DNA from: Octopus bimaculoides
Taxonomy: Eukaryota
Length of the DNA: 38,761 bases
Direction: 5' to 3'
Assembly (NCBI RefSeq): GCF_001194135.2
Contig: NC_068988.1
Location: 77,947,254 to 77,986,014 of the forward strand
Shown here: positions 22,945 through 34,562 of the stretch, in pieces
How the letters are laid out: every line of letters begins with the position of its first letter
How positions within the stretch are numbered: position 1 is the first letter of the stretch
Notes under the pieces: model-generated
The model's database searches: none
The model's input: the letters and a program-made list of their open reading frames with translations, nothing else
What the model was told of the DNA's origin: nothing
Position numbers and translations under genes: made by a program

Positions 22945-23423
22945 TACATTATTTACCAAATGTCCTAATCTTGTTTATTGTTATTTTATTCCGATTTAGA
23001 CACGTGTACCGATAGCGACTCAAAAAATTCTTGCTTTTTGCATAGATGTATAGGGATAAACATTATTCCGCTTGCTATGTTGGATACATAAGGTGTTCGT
23101 TTTGGTAAGGTGAGGATTTTGTTTATTTTTATGCCTCTACCATACTATACTGATGAGCGAAAGCTAGATTTTATTCTGGTAATCGTGAAATCGTTCGATA
23201 TATAGTTGAGTTCATTTTTTTAAAAAGGTTGGGTTTTTTAAGAGTTGCTTTTCCTCGAATTCGTTAAAAAAATGTGTTTATTTCGGAAGTCTAGTGTGTG
23301 ACAATATTCTGTAGTAATGCCCTTATATAAATATAAATGAATAACTATATTCTTGGGAATAAAAAAATGTTTTTTTTTCCCTTATGAATTTTTTACACAC
23401 TAGCTTCCGGATAAAATTCTTGT
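22945..23423 (+). mobile_element. Hammerhead-bearing insert (probable PLE pseudo-LTR or retrozyme-like sequence)
   Basis: Abrupt compositional switch after the RTE fragment; contains an intact hammerhead motif; runs into a gap. Family assignment is inference. Confidence 0.5.
23144..23206 (+). ncRNA. Type I hammerhead ribozyme motif (AUA site), best-formed in the window
   Basis: ACTATA-CTGATGA-GCGA...CTAGA/TCTGG...TCGT-GAAA-TCGTTCG-ATA-TATAGT. Stem I 6 bp perfect; stem II GCGA/TCGT; stem III ATCG/CGAT with a TT loop; predicted cleavage after 23200. Confidence 0.85.
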
Positions 23424-24346
23424 NNNNNNNNNNNNNNNNNNNNNNNNNNNNNNNNNNNNNNNNNNNNNNNNNNNNNNNNNNNNNNNNNNNNNNNNNNNNN
23501 NNNNNNNNNNNNNNNNNNNNNNNNNNNNNNNNNNNNNNNNNNNNNNNNNNNNNNNNNNNNNNNNNNNNNNNNNNNNNNNNNNNNNNNNNNNNNNNNNNNN
23601 NNNNNNNNNNNNNNNNNNNNNNNNNNNNNNNNNNNNNNNNNNNNNNNNNNNNNNNNNNNNNNNNNNNNNNNNNNNNNNNNNNNNNNNNNNNNNNNNNNNN
23701 NNNNNNNNNNNNNNNNNNNNNNNNNNNNNNNNNNNNNNNNNNNNNNNNNNNNNNNNNNNNNNNNNNNNNNNNNNNNNNNNNNNNNNNNNNNNNNNNNNNN
23801 NNNNNNNNNNNNNNNNNNNNNNNNNNNNNNNNNNNNNNNNNNNNNNNNNNNNNNNNNNNNNNNNNNNNNNNNNNNNNNNNNNNNNNNNNNNNNNNNNNNN
23901 NNNNNNNNNNNNNNNNNNNNNNNNNNNNNNNNNNNNNNNNNNNNNNNNNNNNNNNNNNNNNNNNNNNNNNNNNNNNNNNNNNNNNNNNNNNNNNNNNNNN
24001 NNNNNNNNNNNNNNNNNNNNNNNNNNNNNNNNNNNNNNNNNNNNNNNNNNNNNNNNNNNNNNNNNNNNNNNNNNNNNNNNNNNNNNNNNNNNNNNNNNNN
24101 NNNNNNNNNNNNNNNNNNNNNNNNNNNNNNNNNNNNNNNNNNNNNNNNNNNNNNNNNNNNNNNNNNNNNNNNNNNNNNNNNNNNNNNNNNNNNNNNNNNN
24201 NNNNNNNNNNNNNNNNNNNNNNNNNNNNNNNNNNNNNNNNNNNNNNNNNNNNNNNNNNNNNNNNNNNNNNNNNNNNNNNNNNNNNNNNNNNNNNNNNNNN
24301 NNNNNNNNNNNNNNNNNNNNNNNNNNNNNNNNNNNNNNNNNNNNNN

Positions 24347-24741
24347 TAAACATACCAGTACATTATATCGTCTTTGAGGTTTTAAAGTTCAAGGGTAATC
24401 CATTTAGATAATAGATGGAAAAAATAGGATGCATGAAATTGAGAGTTGTTTGGTTTAAAAAAAAAAGAAAATGGGCTGAATGTTTATGTGTTAAGCAGGA
24501 AGTGTGGTGTCAAAACAGGAAGTGTATGTAAGGGAAGACAATTCTGTGGGTTTTATACTCTTTAGCTTTGAATTGTCTTCCCTGACACACACTTCCTGTT
24601 TAACACAAACTTTCAGCCCTCTTTATTTTTTAAACAAAAAACAACTCAATTTCATGCATCCTATTTTTTCCAACTATTACCTACATGGATTACCATTGAA
24701 CTTTAAAACCTCAAAGACGATATAATGTATTGGTATGTTTA
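24347..24741. mobile_element. Fold-back/MITE-like element with long inverted arms
   Basis: 24347-24544 is the inverse of 24570-24741 with a 25-nt loop; left arm has an extra ~21-nt duplication; left terminus abuts a gap so TSD cannot be read. Confidence 0.75.
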
Positions 24742-24869
24742 TTTTTTTATATATTATTTTTTACTTTTTTATAAAAAGACATTTTCATTCTCCCTCTTCC
24801 TTTTTACACATCTATATTAAAATATGCTTTCAGTTTAGCATTCTGACTTATTATTTTTTCCTTTTCCTA

Positions 24870-24887
24870 TATATATATGTATGTATG

Positions 24888-24921
<34 letters not shown>

Positions 24922-24993
24922 CGTATGTATGTATGTATGTATATATATATATATCTGTGAGTACATATATATGTATATATATAAACGTATATA

Positions 24994-25026
<33 letters not shown>

Positions 25027-25185
25027 ATATATATATATCTGTGAGTACATATATATGTATATATATAAACGTATATTTATAGATATATATGTATAGATGT
25101 ATATGTATATATATATATATATAGATGTATGTATATAGATGTATATATATAGATGTATATATATAGATTTATATGTATATACTTT
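24870..25185. repeat. (TA)/(TATG) array containing a duplicated ~85-bp unit with TCTGTGAGTAC...AAACG
   Basis: The non-microsatellite words occur twice, at ~24954 and ~25039. Confidence 0.8.
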
Positions 25186-25539
25186 ATTAAAAAGCAGCAA
25201 AAATATCTCAAAAACTGTTACTCAAAGTTTCAAGTCCCTGTTTGTCGAACAGTCTTGTCCGATGAACAGGAACATGAAACTGAGTAACAGTTTTTGTGAT
25301 ATTTTTGCTGCTTTTCCATAAAGCATATTACTCTACCTCTGGTATTTGAGTACTCTTTTTTCCACCTTGTTTTGCCTTTATGTGCTTACTCTAGTATATA
25401 TATATATATATATATATATNNNNNNNNNNNNNNNNNNNNNNNNNNNNNNNNNNNNNNNNNNNNNNNNNAATATTTGACAAAATGAAAAATTAATTAATAA
25501 TAATTTAACTTTATTTAAAAAGAAAAGAAAATTTCAAAT

Positions 25540-28115
25540 AGTATACTGAATCACTTGTCCAATGGTTATTCTGGAAGTGCACCTGTCGGAGGCTGTCAGC
25601 CTGACAGCAAAAAGTTTTCAAATGGCAGAATATCTTCCCTGAATACGAACCTGGAAGGTCACTTAAACGGGATTTGTCCCAAATTAAGACCCCAAAGTTC
25701 ACCACCACAATGACCACAAAATCAGAAATGTAAAAGAACTAAATGGAACCAGGAAGAATATAAAGAAGTAATATATGTTTATTACTTTGCATTAAGTAGG
25801 CCAGCCTAAGAGAAACACACCGCAAACTCATACAGAATTTGGAAGAGCTGAAATCCAGCTAGCAAACCAAACCTGGATGAAAACAGATTAGCAAATGTTA
25901 GAAGAAATATCTTCAGAAATACCAGACTCACAGATGCAGAATTAACCTCTATTAAAAAAGTGGTAGGGAATGACCTAAATATAATTCAGGAAAGAAATAA
26001 TGAAATAATGAAGAAATAATGAAGCAGAGGACCACAAGCATTGACTGAAAGGTGACCATCTGCTGAAACCCCTCAAGAGTCTGAAGAAAAAGGAAAATAT
26101 AATGACCCTAGAAAAAACAGCCAGGAAAATGATGTCGAAATAGAATTTGAAGACCACATATTTGCTGGTGTTAGATCAAGAAAAGGCAGGAAGATTGTGA
26201 GAAAATATGGACTCTCAACAAGAGAAGAACTAATGTCCACAAATGAAACACTTAAACAAAAAGTTCAAGCAAAAGCTCAGAGAATACGCAGATATGAAAA
26301 AAGAATCAAATTCTACAAGCAAAATAAGATGTTCAAATCCAATACCAAATCATTGTACAGGGAAATAGGGAAAGAAAAAATAACCATTAAAAATCCACCC
26401 CTAATGGAAGAAGTTGAAAAGTTTTGGAAAGGTGTCTGGAGTGATGAGAAACCATACAATGAAAATGTAGACTGGATCAAATGCACCCAAGATGCCTACA
26501 AAAATCTACAAGAACAGGTATGGGAAGACTTCTCAATCGCCGACCTAAGGAGAGCACTAACAAAGGCTCATAAGTGGAAATCGCCTAGTATTGATAGAGT
26601 ACCAAATTTCTGGCTCTCATCACTGTCGTCCGCACACAAAATGTTAGTAATACTATTTAATAGTATTATGAAAGACCTGGAAAAAACTCCCCATTGGATG
26701 GTAAATGGTATTTCTTACCTCCTCCCCAAAAATAACGACACCAAAGACCCCAAAAACTACTGGCCTATAACATGTTTGTCTACTACCAATAAAATTTTGA
26801 TATCTATTCTAGTGGAGAAAACATATACGTTTATGGAAGAGAATAACCTCTTTCCCACTGAACAAAAAGGATGCAGACAAGGCTCATACGGATGCAAAGA
26901 TAAGCTCTTAATTAATCGCATGATCCTTGAGAACTGCCATAACAAGCGCAGAAATCTCAGCTCTTCATGGATTGATTATAAAAAAGACTTTGACAGCACA
27001 CCATTTTCGTGGATTCTGAAATCGCTAGACATTTTCAAAATTTCTCCTGTGATTTCAGATTTTTTAAAGTATTATATATGTTACTATGGAACACGAAGCT
27101 CCAATTACATCATTCTAATGGAGTATTGCGTTCAAACAATATTAGTATAAACTGTGGCATTTTCCAAGGTGACTCACTTCACTTTCACCACTAATTTTCT
27201 GCATAGCATTAATACCACTCTCAAGTGAATTGAATAGAACAGGGTATTATATGCATACAGCTCAGACTTCAGAACTGCTCGAACTCTTCTATAACATTCC
27301 TTCCTAACCTTCTCTTTCATGCTTGCATGCTGGATACCAGAGCCTTCATTTATTCCTAGGTATTTATAGGTTTGTTCCTACTCAAGTTCCTTTATTACTG
27401 TTTCGACATGTAATTCTATTGAACTTGACTTTACCAGTTTTCCTTTCTTAAAAGTGGCTTTGGCACACTTTTCAAGGCCAAACTCCATCCCGATATCATC
27501 ACTGAATCCTTTCACAGTATGTTACTGCTCTTTATCATCTTTGCCATATAGTTTTAAATCATCCATATAAAATAGATGGCTTATTTCCCTGTTGTCAATT
27601 TTGTAGCCATACCCTGTTCTATTCAGTATGGCTACAAAATTGACAACAGGGAAATAAGCCATCTATTTTATATGGATGATTTAAAACTATATGGCAAAGA
27701 TGATGAAGAGCTTGAAGGACTACTACATACTGTGAAAGGATTCAGTGATGATATCGGGATGGAGTTTGGCCCTAAAAAGTATGCCAAAGCCACTTTTAAG
27801 AAAAGTAAAATTAGATGTCTAAACAGTAATAAAGGAACTTGAGCAGGAACAAACCTATAAATACCTAGGAATAAATGAAGGCTCTGGTATCCAGCATGCA
27901 AGCATGAAAGAGAAGGTTAGGAAGGAATGTTATAGAAGAGTTCAAGCAGTTCTGAAGTCTGAGCTGTATGCATATAATAAGGTGTTAGCCATAAATTTCT
28001 CTGCAGTCCCAGTTGTTCTTTATAGCTTCAATGTGCTTAACTGGAATAGCAGTGAAATAATGAAAATTGATAGAAAAATCTGCAAGCTACTGACTTGTAA
28101 TAAGATGCAGCACAG
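25540..28115 (+). mobile_element. R4/Dong-clade non-LTR retrotransposon, disrupted, lacking the 3' RLE region
   Basis: N-terminal KWNQEEY...RLANVRR.I, LKQKVQAKAQRIRRYEKR..FYKQNKMF, WKSPSID.V.NFW, KNYWPITCL, EQKGCR, WIDYKKDFDS, GIFQGDSL, HLFYMDDLKLY, YKYLG. Longest ORF 26197-27150. Confidence 0.9.
27245..27979. repeat. Inverted duplication inside the R4 RT (arms 368 and 354 bp, 13-nt spacer)
   Basis: 27245-27612 is the inverse of 27626-27979; the spacer is the inverse of 27231-27243. Confidence 0.95.
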
Positions 28116-29780
28116 AATTTTGTCAGTGAACAGATCGTGGTCTCAAAGCGATGAAAATATTTTGACAAATTAAATTTAAATGTTGAAGTGAATCTAACGA
28201 ATTTTGTGTGTTATTTTAAATGGCTTATAAACACCTTCCATGCTGCGATTGTTTATATATNNNNNNNNNNNNNNNNNNNNNNNNNNNNNNNNNNNNNNNN
28301 NNNNNNNNNNNNNNNNNNNNNNNNNNNNNNNNNNNNNNNNNNNNNNNNNNNNNNNNNNNNNNNNNNNNNNNNNNNATATATATATATATATATATATATA
28401 TATAGCTATAATGCTACTCAAATGTATTTATACATGAATATATATATATATATATATATCATAAAGTGTGTTGAGGCTTTCAAGTGAATGCTGCTATGCA
28501 CTTAAACATATCAAACATATCAGTGTTTGCTAATAAATCTTTGTCTCTACCCTGTATTTATGTGTCTATGTATCTATGTATCAACGTTTCTTTCGATTTA
28601 TGTAACAACTGTCCCTCTCGCTTTCTCTCTTTCTCTTTCACTTCTTCTGTGTCTCTCATCTCTCCCGCTTTTAATTTAACACTGTGTGTATGTATCTATG
28701 TATCTACTTTTATTGTGATGTGATAAAAATTTAAAAACACAAAACGAGCACTGTCGTGTAAGTGTGTATACATACGGATATTTATTTATTTATTTATTTG
28801 TATCCGCATATAGATATCTATTCAATAACTCATTTAATCTTTGTATTGGTATATACACTCCATATATATAAGTATATACAGGCATGAAGGTATGTGTGCG
28901 TGTGTGTGTATATGTGTATATATACATATATGTACATGTGTATATATAAATATATAAAGCACGCGTGTGTGTGTGTGCGGGTGGGGGGTATGTATACATA
29001 TGCATTCATGCCTAACCCTTTTGACCGGTTGGTGGCTATCCAACCGTAGCTAAACCTAGATAGTTTAAAACAATAGTTGTCCAATTAGATAAGAGGAATT
29101 AACAGTAAAAATTACCCCTCCCCAAATAGCAGCAGAATTATTAATACCCTACTATTAGAAAGACTTTATCTTCTCCATAGGAAAAAATAACAGAGTACCT
29201 CATCACAAAGTTCAAAAAGTTGGCATATTATTATTATTACTGTTGCTTTTGTTATTATTATTATTATTATTATCATATCAACAACTCCTCAAGAAATAAT
29301 TTCCATATAGACCCCTCCACCACATACAGAACTGACACGCTTGCACCCAACAAATTTTAACATATAAACAGCTTTCCAAACGCAACGAATAATGTCCATG
29401 CCAGGGATCATGTATGCATGGGAATATTTATATATACATGTATGTATGTATGTGTAAGGGGATAGATACATATGTGTATGTTCCCCTCACATGTAGTGAC
29501 AGTGACTGTTGACTATTTTGGTGTGCATGTGCAGCCATCTGTGTATGTGTATCTGGACACGCATATGTACTCATCTATCTATGCTTTTGTATCCATATAT
29601 CTCTACATATGGTTATGTATACATGCATAGGCATGTATATTGGAGTTTTTATAACTATTTATATGGTTTTATATACTGTTTGTAGGCTTTTTTTATGTGC
29701 CTTATATTTTTGTATTTTCATTTTTATTTTTTATTTTTTATTTTTACTTTATTCTTATTTTATATTTGTATTGAATTTTG

Positions 29781-29916
29781 TAAATCTCTGAAGAGGCCTA
29801 GCAAATCATGCAGGTACCCCCATGACATCATTTTCATCTACTAATTACTCCGGCGTACAGGAGATATAGAGATAGAATGGGGCATGCCAAAGCTAGGCCG
29901 AAACAGCTGTAAGTTT
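29781..29916 (+). ncRNA. Type I hammerhead ribozyme motif (GUA site) with 89-nt loop II
   Basis: CTGAAGA 29788-29794; stem II GGCCTAGC/GCTAGGCC 8 bp perfect; GAAA 29900-29903; palindromic stem III ACAGCTGT; GTA 29909-29911; stem I AAA(T)CT/AGTTT with a 1-nt bulge. Confidence 0.8.
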
Positions 29917-30808
29917 CTGACCCTTCTCCAGTTGCTGAATGTCCTTTATATTTGAAATCGTAATTGTTAATATGACATGGTATGTCATAAGTGTCTATAT
30001 ATATTGTGTTTTTTGTCAATTTAGTTATAAAATAAACATATTAATCAATGGAATACATTGTCTGCAAGTCGATGGGTACCACATATTCTCCTCCATTTTC
30101 TCATTGCAATATAAATTTAGGGTAAAATAACCCCCTTTTACCCGCCCTCACTTATTGCACTTGGTATAACACTAGTGTAACAATAATTGAGTACCCTCCC
30201 AGCAGTATATTGGATAGATACTATCCCTTGATGGGTTGAATCCTCAACCCCTAACTATATACACACACACAGGAGACTGTGTTTTTATCCAAAATGGAGA
30301 CAAACACCATTCTGCCATGTGATCAGCTTGAAAAATTGTTGAGATATTTTTCTATTTTTCAATGGTAAACTTAATACACGAATAAAGAAATTCTATCAAT
30401 CAGTGTGGTGTTGAGCACTCATTTTCATTGTTTAAAATTTTTGTATGTGTGTGTCTGTGCATGTGTGTGTGTGTGCTTATTTACGTATATATGTATAATA
30501 TATATATATTATTACATACATACATATACATTTACGTATTTGCTTTGGAAGATTCCTGATGTGAAATCATGCATTGAAAAGATATTGTTATACTTTGGGA
30601 TGGTCATGTTTTGGCAATTAAATACTTCATGCACTAGTGCGTGTGTAACAATACACACACACTCACTCACATATATTGTTGACGTCATAAGAATTTTATG
30701 ACTATTCAAGAGATAATGAAATGTTCCTGTTTAAGAACCATAGATCTGTAAGTTGTTTGCTGATATATCTGTGTCTCTACACTGTATTTATATGTACATC
30801 TATTTATA

Positions 30809-31009
30809 GGTGTAGGAGTGGCTGTGTCGTAACTAGCTTGCTTACCAGCCACATGGTTCCGGGTTCATTTCCACTGCGTGGCACTTTGGGCAAGTGTCTT
30901 CTACTATAGCCTCGGGCCAACCAAAGCCTTGAGAGTGGATTTGGTAGACGGAAACTGAAAGAAGCCCGTCATATGTATATATATATATACTGAAAGAAGC
31001 CCGTATATG

Positions 31010-31058
<49 letters not shown>

Positions 31059-31288
31059 ATATGTGTGTGTGTATATGTTTGTGTGTCTGAGTTTGTCCCC
31101 ACCAACATCGTTTGACAACGGATGGTGGTGCGTTTACGTCCCCGTAACTTAGCAGTTCAGCAAAAGAGACCAATAAAATAAGTATTAGGCTTACAAAGAA
31201 TAAGTCCTGGGATCGATTTGCTCGATTAAAGGTGGTGCTCCAGCATGGCCACAGTTAAATGACTGAAACAAATAAAAGAATAAAAGAG
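30809..31288 (+). mobile_element. SINE family 1, full length
   Basis: Complete head, body, internal microsatellite and tail; local duplication of ACTGAAAGAAGCCCGT (~30954 and ~30989). Confidence 0.92.
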
Positions 31289-31384
31289 TGTCAATATATA
31301 TGCACCCACATGTACACACTACATCACATATATAAATGCATGTATGAATGTATCACTGATTACATGTATGCAAGTTTAAATTTT

Positions 31385-31432
31385 CAAGGCAGAGCCCCAG
31401 TATGGTTGCAGTCTAATGATTGAAATAAGTAA
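31385..31432 (+). mobile_element. Isolated SINE-type 3' tail fragment
   Basis: GCCCCAGTATGGTTGCAGTCTAATGATTGAAATAAGTAA resembles the family 1 tail CTCCAGCATGGCCACAGTCAAATGACTGAAACAAGTAA. Confidence 0.55.
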
Positions 31433-31497
31433 CCGATATTCAATATTCACACACACACACACACACACATACACACACACACACACATACACACACA

Positions 31498-31533
<36 letters not shown>

Positions 31534-32074
31534 AGCATGCACATGCACATTTGTATGTGGATAGACATGAGAATACCATTTAATTATAAAATACATAAAG
31601 TTTTTAACATTATTTCAATAAGGAAAACTCAAGGAAGAAACTCCTGGAAGAGATTTACTTCAAATATATGTTGTCACAATTTGTTATTGTTATTTTTTTA
31701 CTAATTGTGTGTGTATATTGTACATGTATGTATGTGTTCATTTTTATACTTAAATAAGTCCCAGCTCTCTCTCTTTCTCTCACTTTCTCTCTCTCTCTCT
31801 ACTATACATGTGTGTTAGTGTGTGTGATATATATGTATATATAAGATATATGTGTGTATATATATGTGTGTGCATATGTATGTATATATGTATGTATATA
31901 TGTACATATATACAAATTCTCTTATACACATATCAATATATAAGAATAAAATTATGTGTTTACAAGGGCGGCGTGTATATATATATCTAAATAAGCACTT
32001 TTGTGTACATGTATACGTGTGTGAATGTATATGTGCAACGCACATGCATACACACACTTATATATGTATGCATG

Positions 32075-32135
<61 letters not shown>

Positions 32136-33470
32136 TTATGTATATATGTAATCTGGTATATATGAGTATTCACGTTTTAATAACTATACCATTAAATCCA
32201 CCCTATTTCGCAGGAAGATCTCGGTGGATGTTAACTGAAGTAGATATTGGTGATGTTCAATGGATATAAATATGAGAGGATGCTGGAGATTAATCACTAC
32301 CACTTAGAATTGTTAATGTCCATTCAGATTAACATCAACAGGAACATTTGCATGAAACCTCTATATGTGCATTAGAATTAAACAGGGAAACAAAACATTA
32401 TCATACAGGTATGTGCTAAGAAAGGATTTGTTTTTTGGTGATTTATTTTATATCACAATTTGAGAACAACATCACCACTGATGGCTGATATTGATCATCA
32501 AATAGTGAATATGAAAATAAGGAAATATACCACGAATATATTGAGGCATGTGCTAACAAAGGCTTTGGTTTTAAAATACTTTTTAAATCTTAAGTTTGGT
32601 AATAGCATTGTCCTTGGCTATGTGGAGGTAAACATCAAAGAAATTATGAAATTATGAAAATTGGCAAACTTCAAGCTGGTCCTGTTGTAGACATCCAGTA
32701 GCCCAATCAGGTTTTATTTCACCACTATTGGTTTCTGAAGTCCTCTGCCAGTTGGTAGTCAAAATAAACACCCTGAAAGTGACTTTCAGTCGAGGTGGAT
32801 TGGATAATTCTATAAATATTTGTAGTTTGTAAATTATGTAACAAGAAGTGTTTTATAACTTGATGCATCTTCCTGGTGCGTCCAACAAATATACAAAACA
32901 TGTCCCTCTTTGTTGTTTAGACCTAGGGCAGCCTATGGTCAAAGTATTTACAGTTATAACCATCTTTTTCCTGTTGTGTTCAGATGCAATGCTTGTAGGA
33001 CTCAATTATCTACTGTGATCTTCCAGTTTTTTTTAAATAGAAAGATGTCATCTGAGGTTGATTTAGCTGATATTTCAATCAGGGCTAGTGAAAACAAATA
33101 AGCTCCATTGTTGGTTTTTGTTTTGTATATTTTAATGATAAAATAGTTGTAATGTTTTGTATATTGTAATGATGGATTATTTGTTGGGTAGTTCCAGTCA
33201 GATGTAGAGTATAAAGTTGCATCCTCAAACATGTGGATAAATGCTATAAACCAAGGGTATTCCATATCATCATCCAGCACCAAGAATTGTATGTCAGACA
33301 GTTGCTGCTGTTTTTAACCTAAAGCCAGCCTTGATCACAGCTTTGATCAGATACATTGCACACATGACCCTCTTCAAGTATAAAATATCAAGGACCACAT
33401 TAACAAACATATCAATTTTTTTTTTAAGTTGTTAGAGAGTGATTTAAGCAAGATTTGCTTACTATTTCCA

Positions 33471-33770
33471 AAACTTATACTGGGCAACAGAAAACAGCCT
33501 CAAGAAGCAAGTTTACCAGCACAAGAATTAATTTAAATATCCAGAGAATAGGTCTTTTTTGGAAAGAAAGTTACTTCACCAGGTTAACATTAGTTGTATT
33601 GCATAACACGGATGTTAGATCTAATAAGTATTATATCTAGCACCCCCACCAGACCCTTGAGTACTTTTAGCAGAGTACCTCGAATAGAAGCATTCAGACC
33701 TGAGCTCCTTGTTACTTTATGTTCCCTTCCATGGCAAACTCTTCCTGCAGACATACATCTGAAACTCTCC
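33471..33770 (+). repeat. Unclassified dispersed repeat, copy 1 (paralog of 34951-35262)
   Basis: Roughly 85% identical by eye to copy 2, with frameshifting indels. Confidence 0.85.
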
Positions 33771-34347
33771 AGTTTGAATGTGAGTTACATCTAGAGAAAG
33801 GCCACTTGACTGATTGGCATGCAGTCACCACATCTCCTGACCCACTGATGTATTATGTGCTCTCCCAGATTTTCTACTGCTACTATGATACCCTATGCTC
33901 TCTACTGTTATTTGGCCCCATATCAAACTCACTCTTTTTCTCTCATCCCTTATTTTGCAACCAAACACCCATGTTTTAACAAACTACTAAACTTAAACCT
34001 TCCATCCCTTTGGAACTTCTTTCCAACACATGATTCTATTGCAGCAGTCAACTTGCAAGAGAAAAAATACTTGTATCAATCTCATCTATCTTGAAGTGCT
34101 TTCAAAGGTTGTAGGCACCACCCTTTGTCTGGTCACAGCTAATAAAAAGTAGTCAATTCCACCCATATATGCTTTTTCATGTAGTTAATGTTAGGTTTTC
34201 TTTCGTTCATTAGCCGTTTTAATTTTAGCCTGACTGTCTTTGTCCTACGTGCTGTTACATAATTGATAGGTTTTGTGCTAGTTTTGTTCCCTTTTTCAGA
34301 TGGTAAACACTCAATTGAACAGATGTCATTATTATATCTTACAACAA

Positions 34348-34562
34348 GGTGACAAGCTGGCAAAATTGTGAGCACACTGGGTGAAATGCTTAGCAGTGTT
34401 TCATCTGTCAATACATTCTGAGTTCAAATTCTGCCGAGGTCGACTTTGTCTTTCATCCTTTCAGGGTCGATAAATTAAGTACCAATTGAGTATTGGGGTC
34501 GATGCAATCAACTATCCCCCTCCCCAAATTTCAGGCCTTGTGCTTATAGTAAAAAGGATTAT
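34348..34562 (+). mobile_element. SINE family 2
   Basis: B-box-like GAGTTCAAATTC followed by GAGGTCGACTTTGTCTTTCATCCTTTCAGGGTCGATAAATTAAGTACC, a core-like segment; A-rich end. Confidence 0.7.

Larger units (their letters stand above)
283..28375. other. Ten assembly gaps: 283-382, 2694-3480, 8132-8248, 11050-11132, 13078-13407, 15287-15355, 20358-20367, 23424-24346, 25420-25468, 28261-28375
   Basis: N runs; most are flanked by microsatellite or repeat sequence. Gap lengths are estimates, so structure across them is uncertain. Confidence 1.

Noticed and set aside
33002-33283. ORF MVLDDDMEYPWFIAFIHMFEDATLYST as a host exon
   Set aside because: No splice context; both strands give weak RT-like fragments, so a decayed LINE is more likely. 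Strand and family could not be determined.
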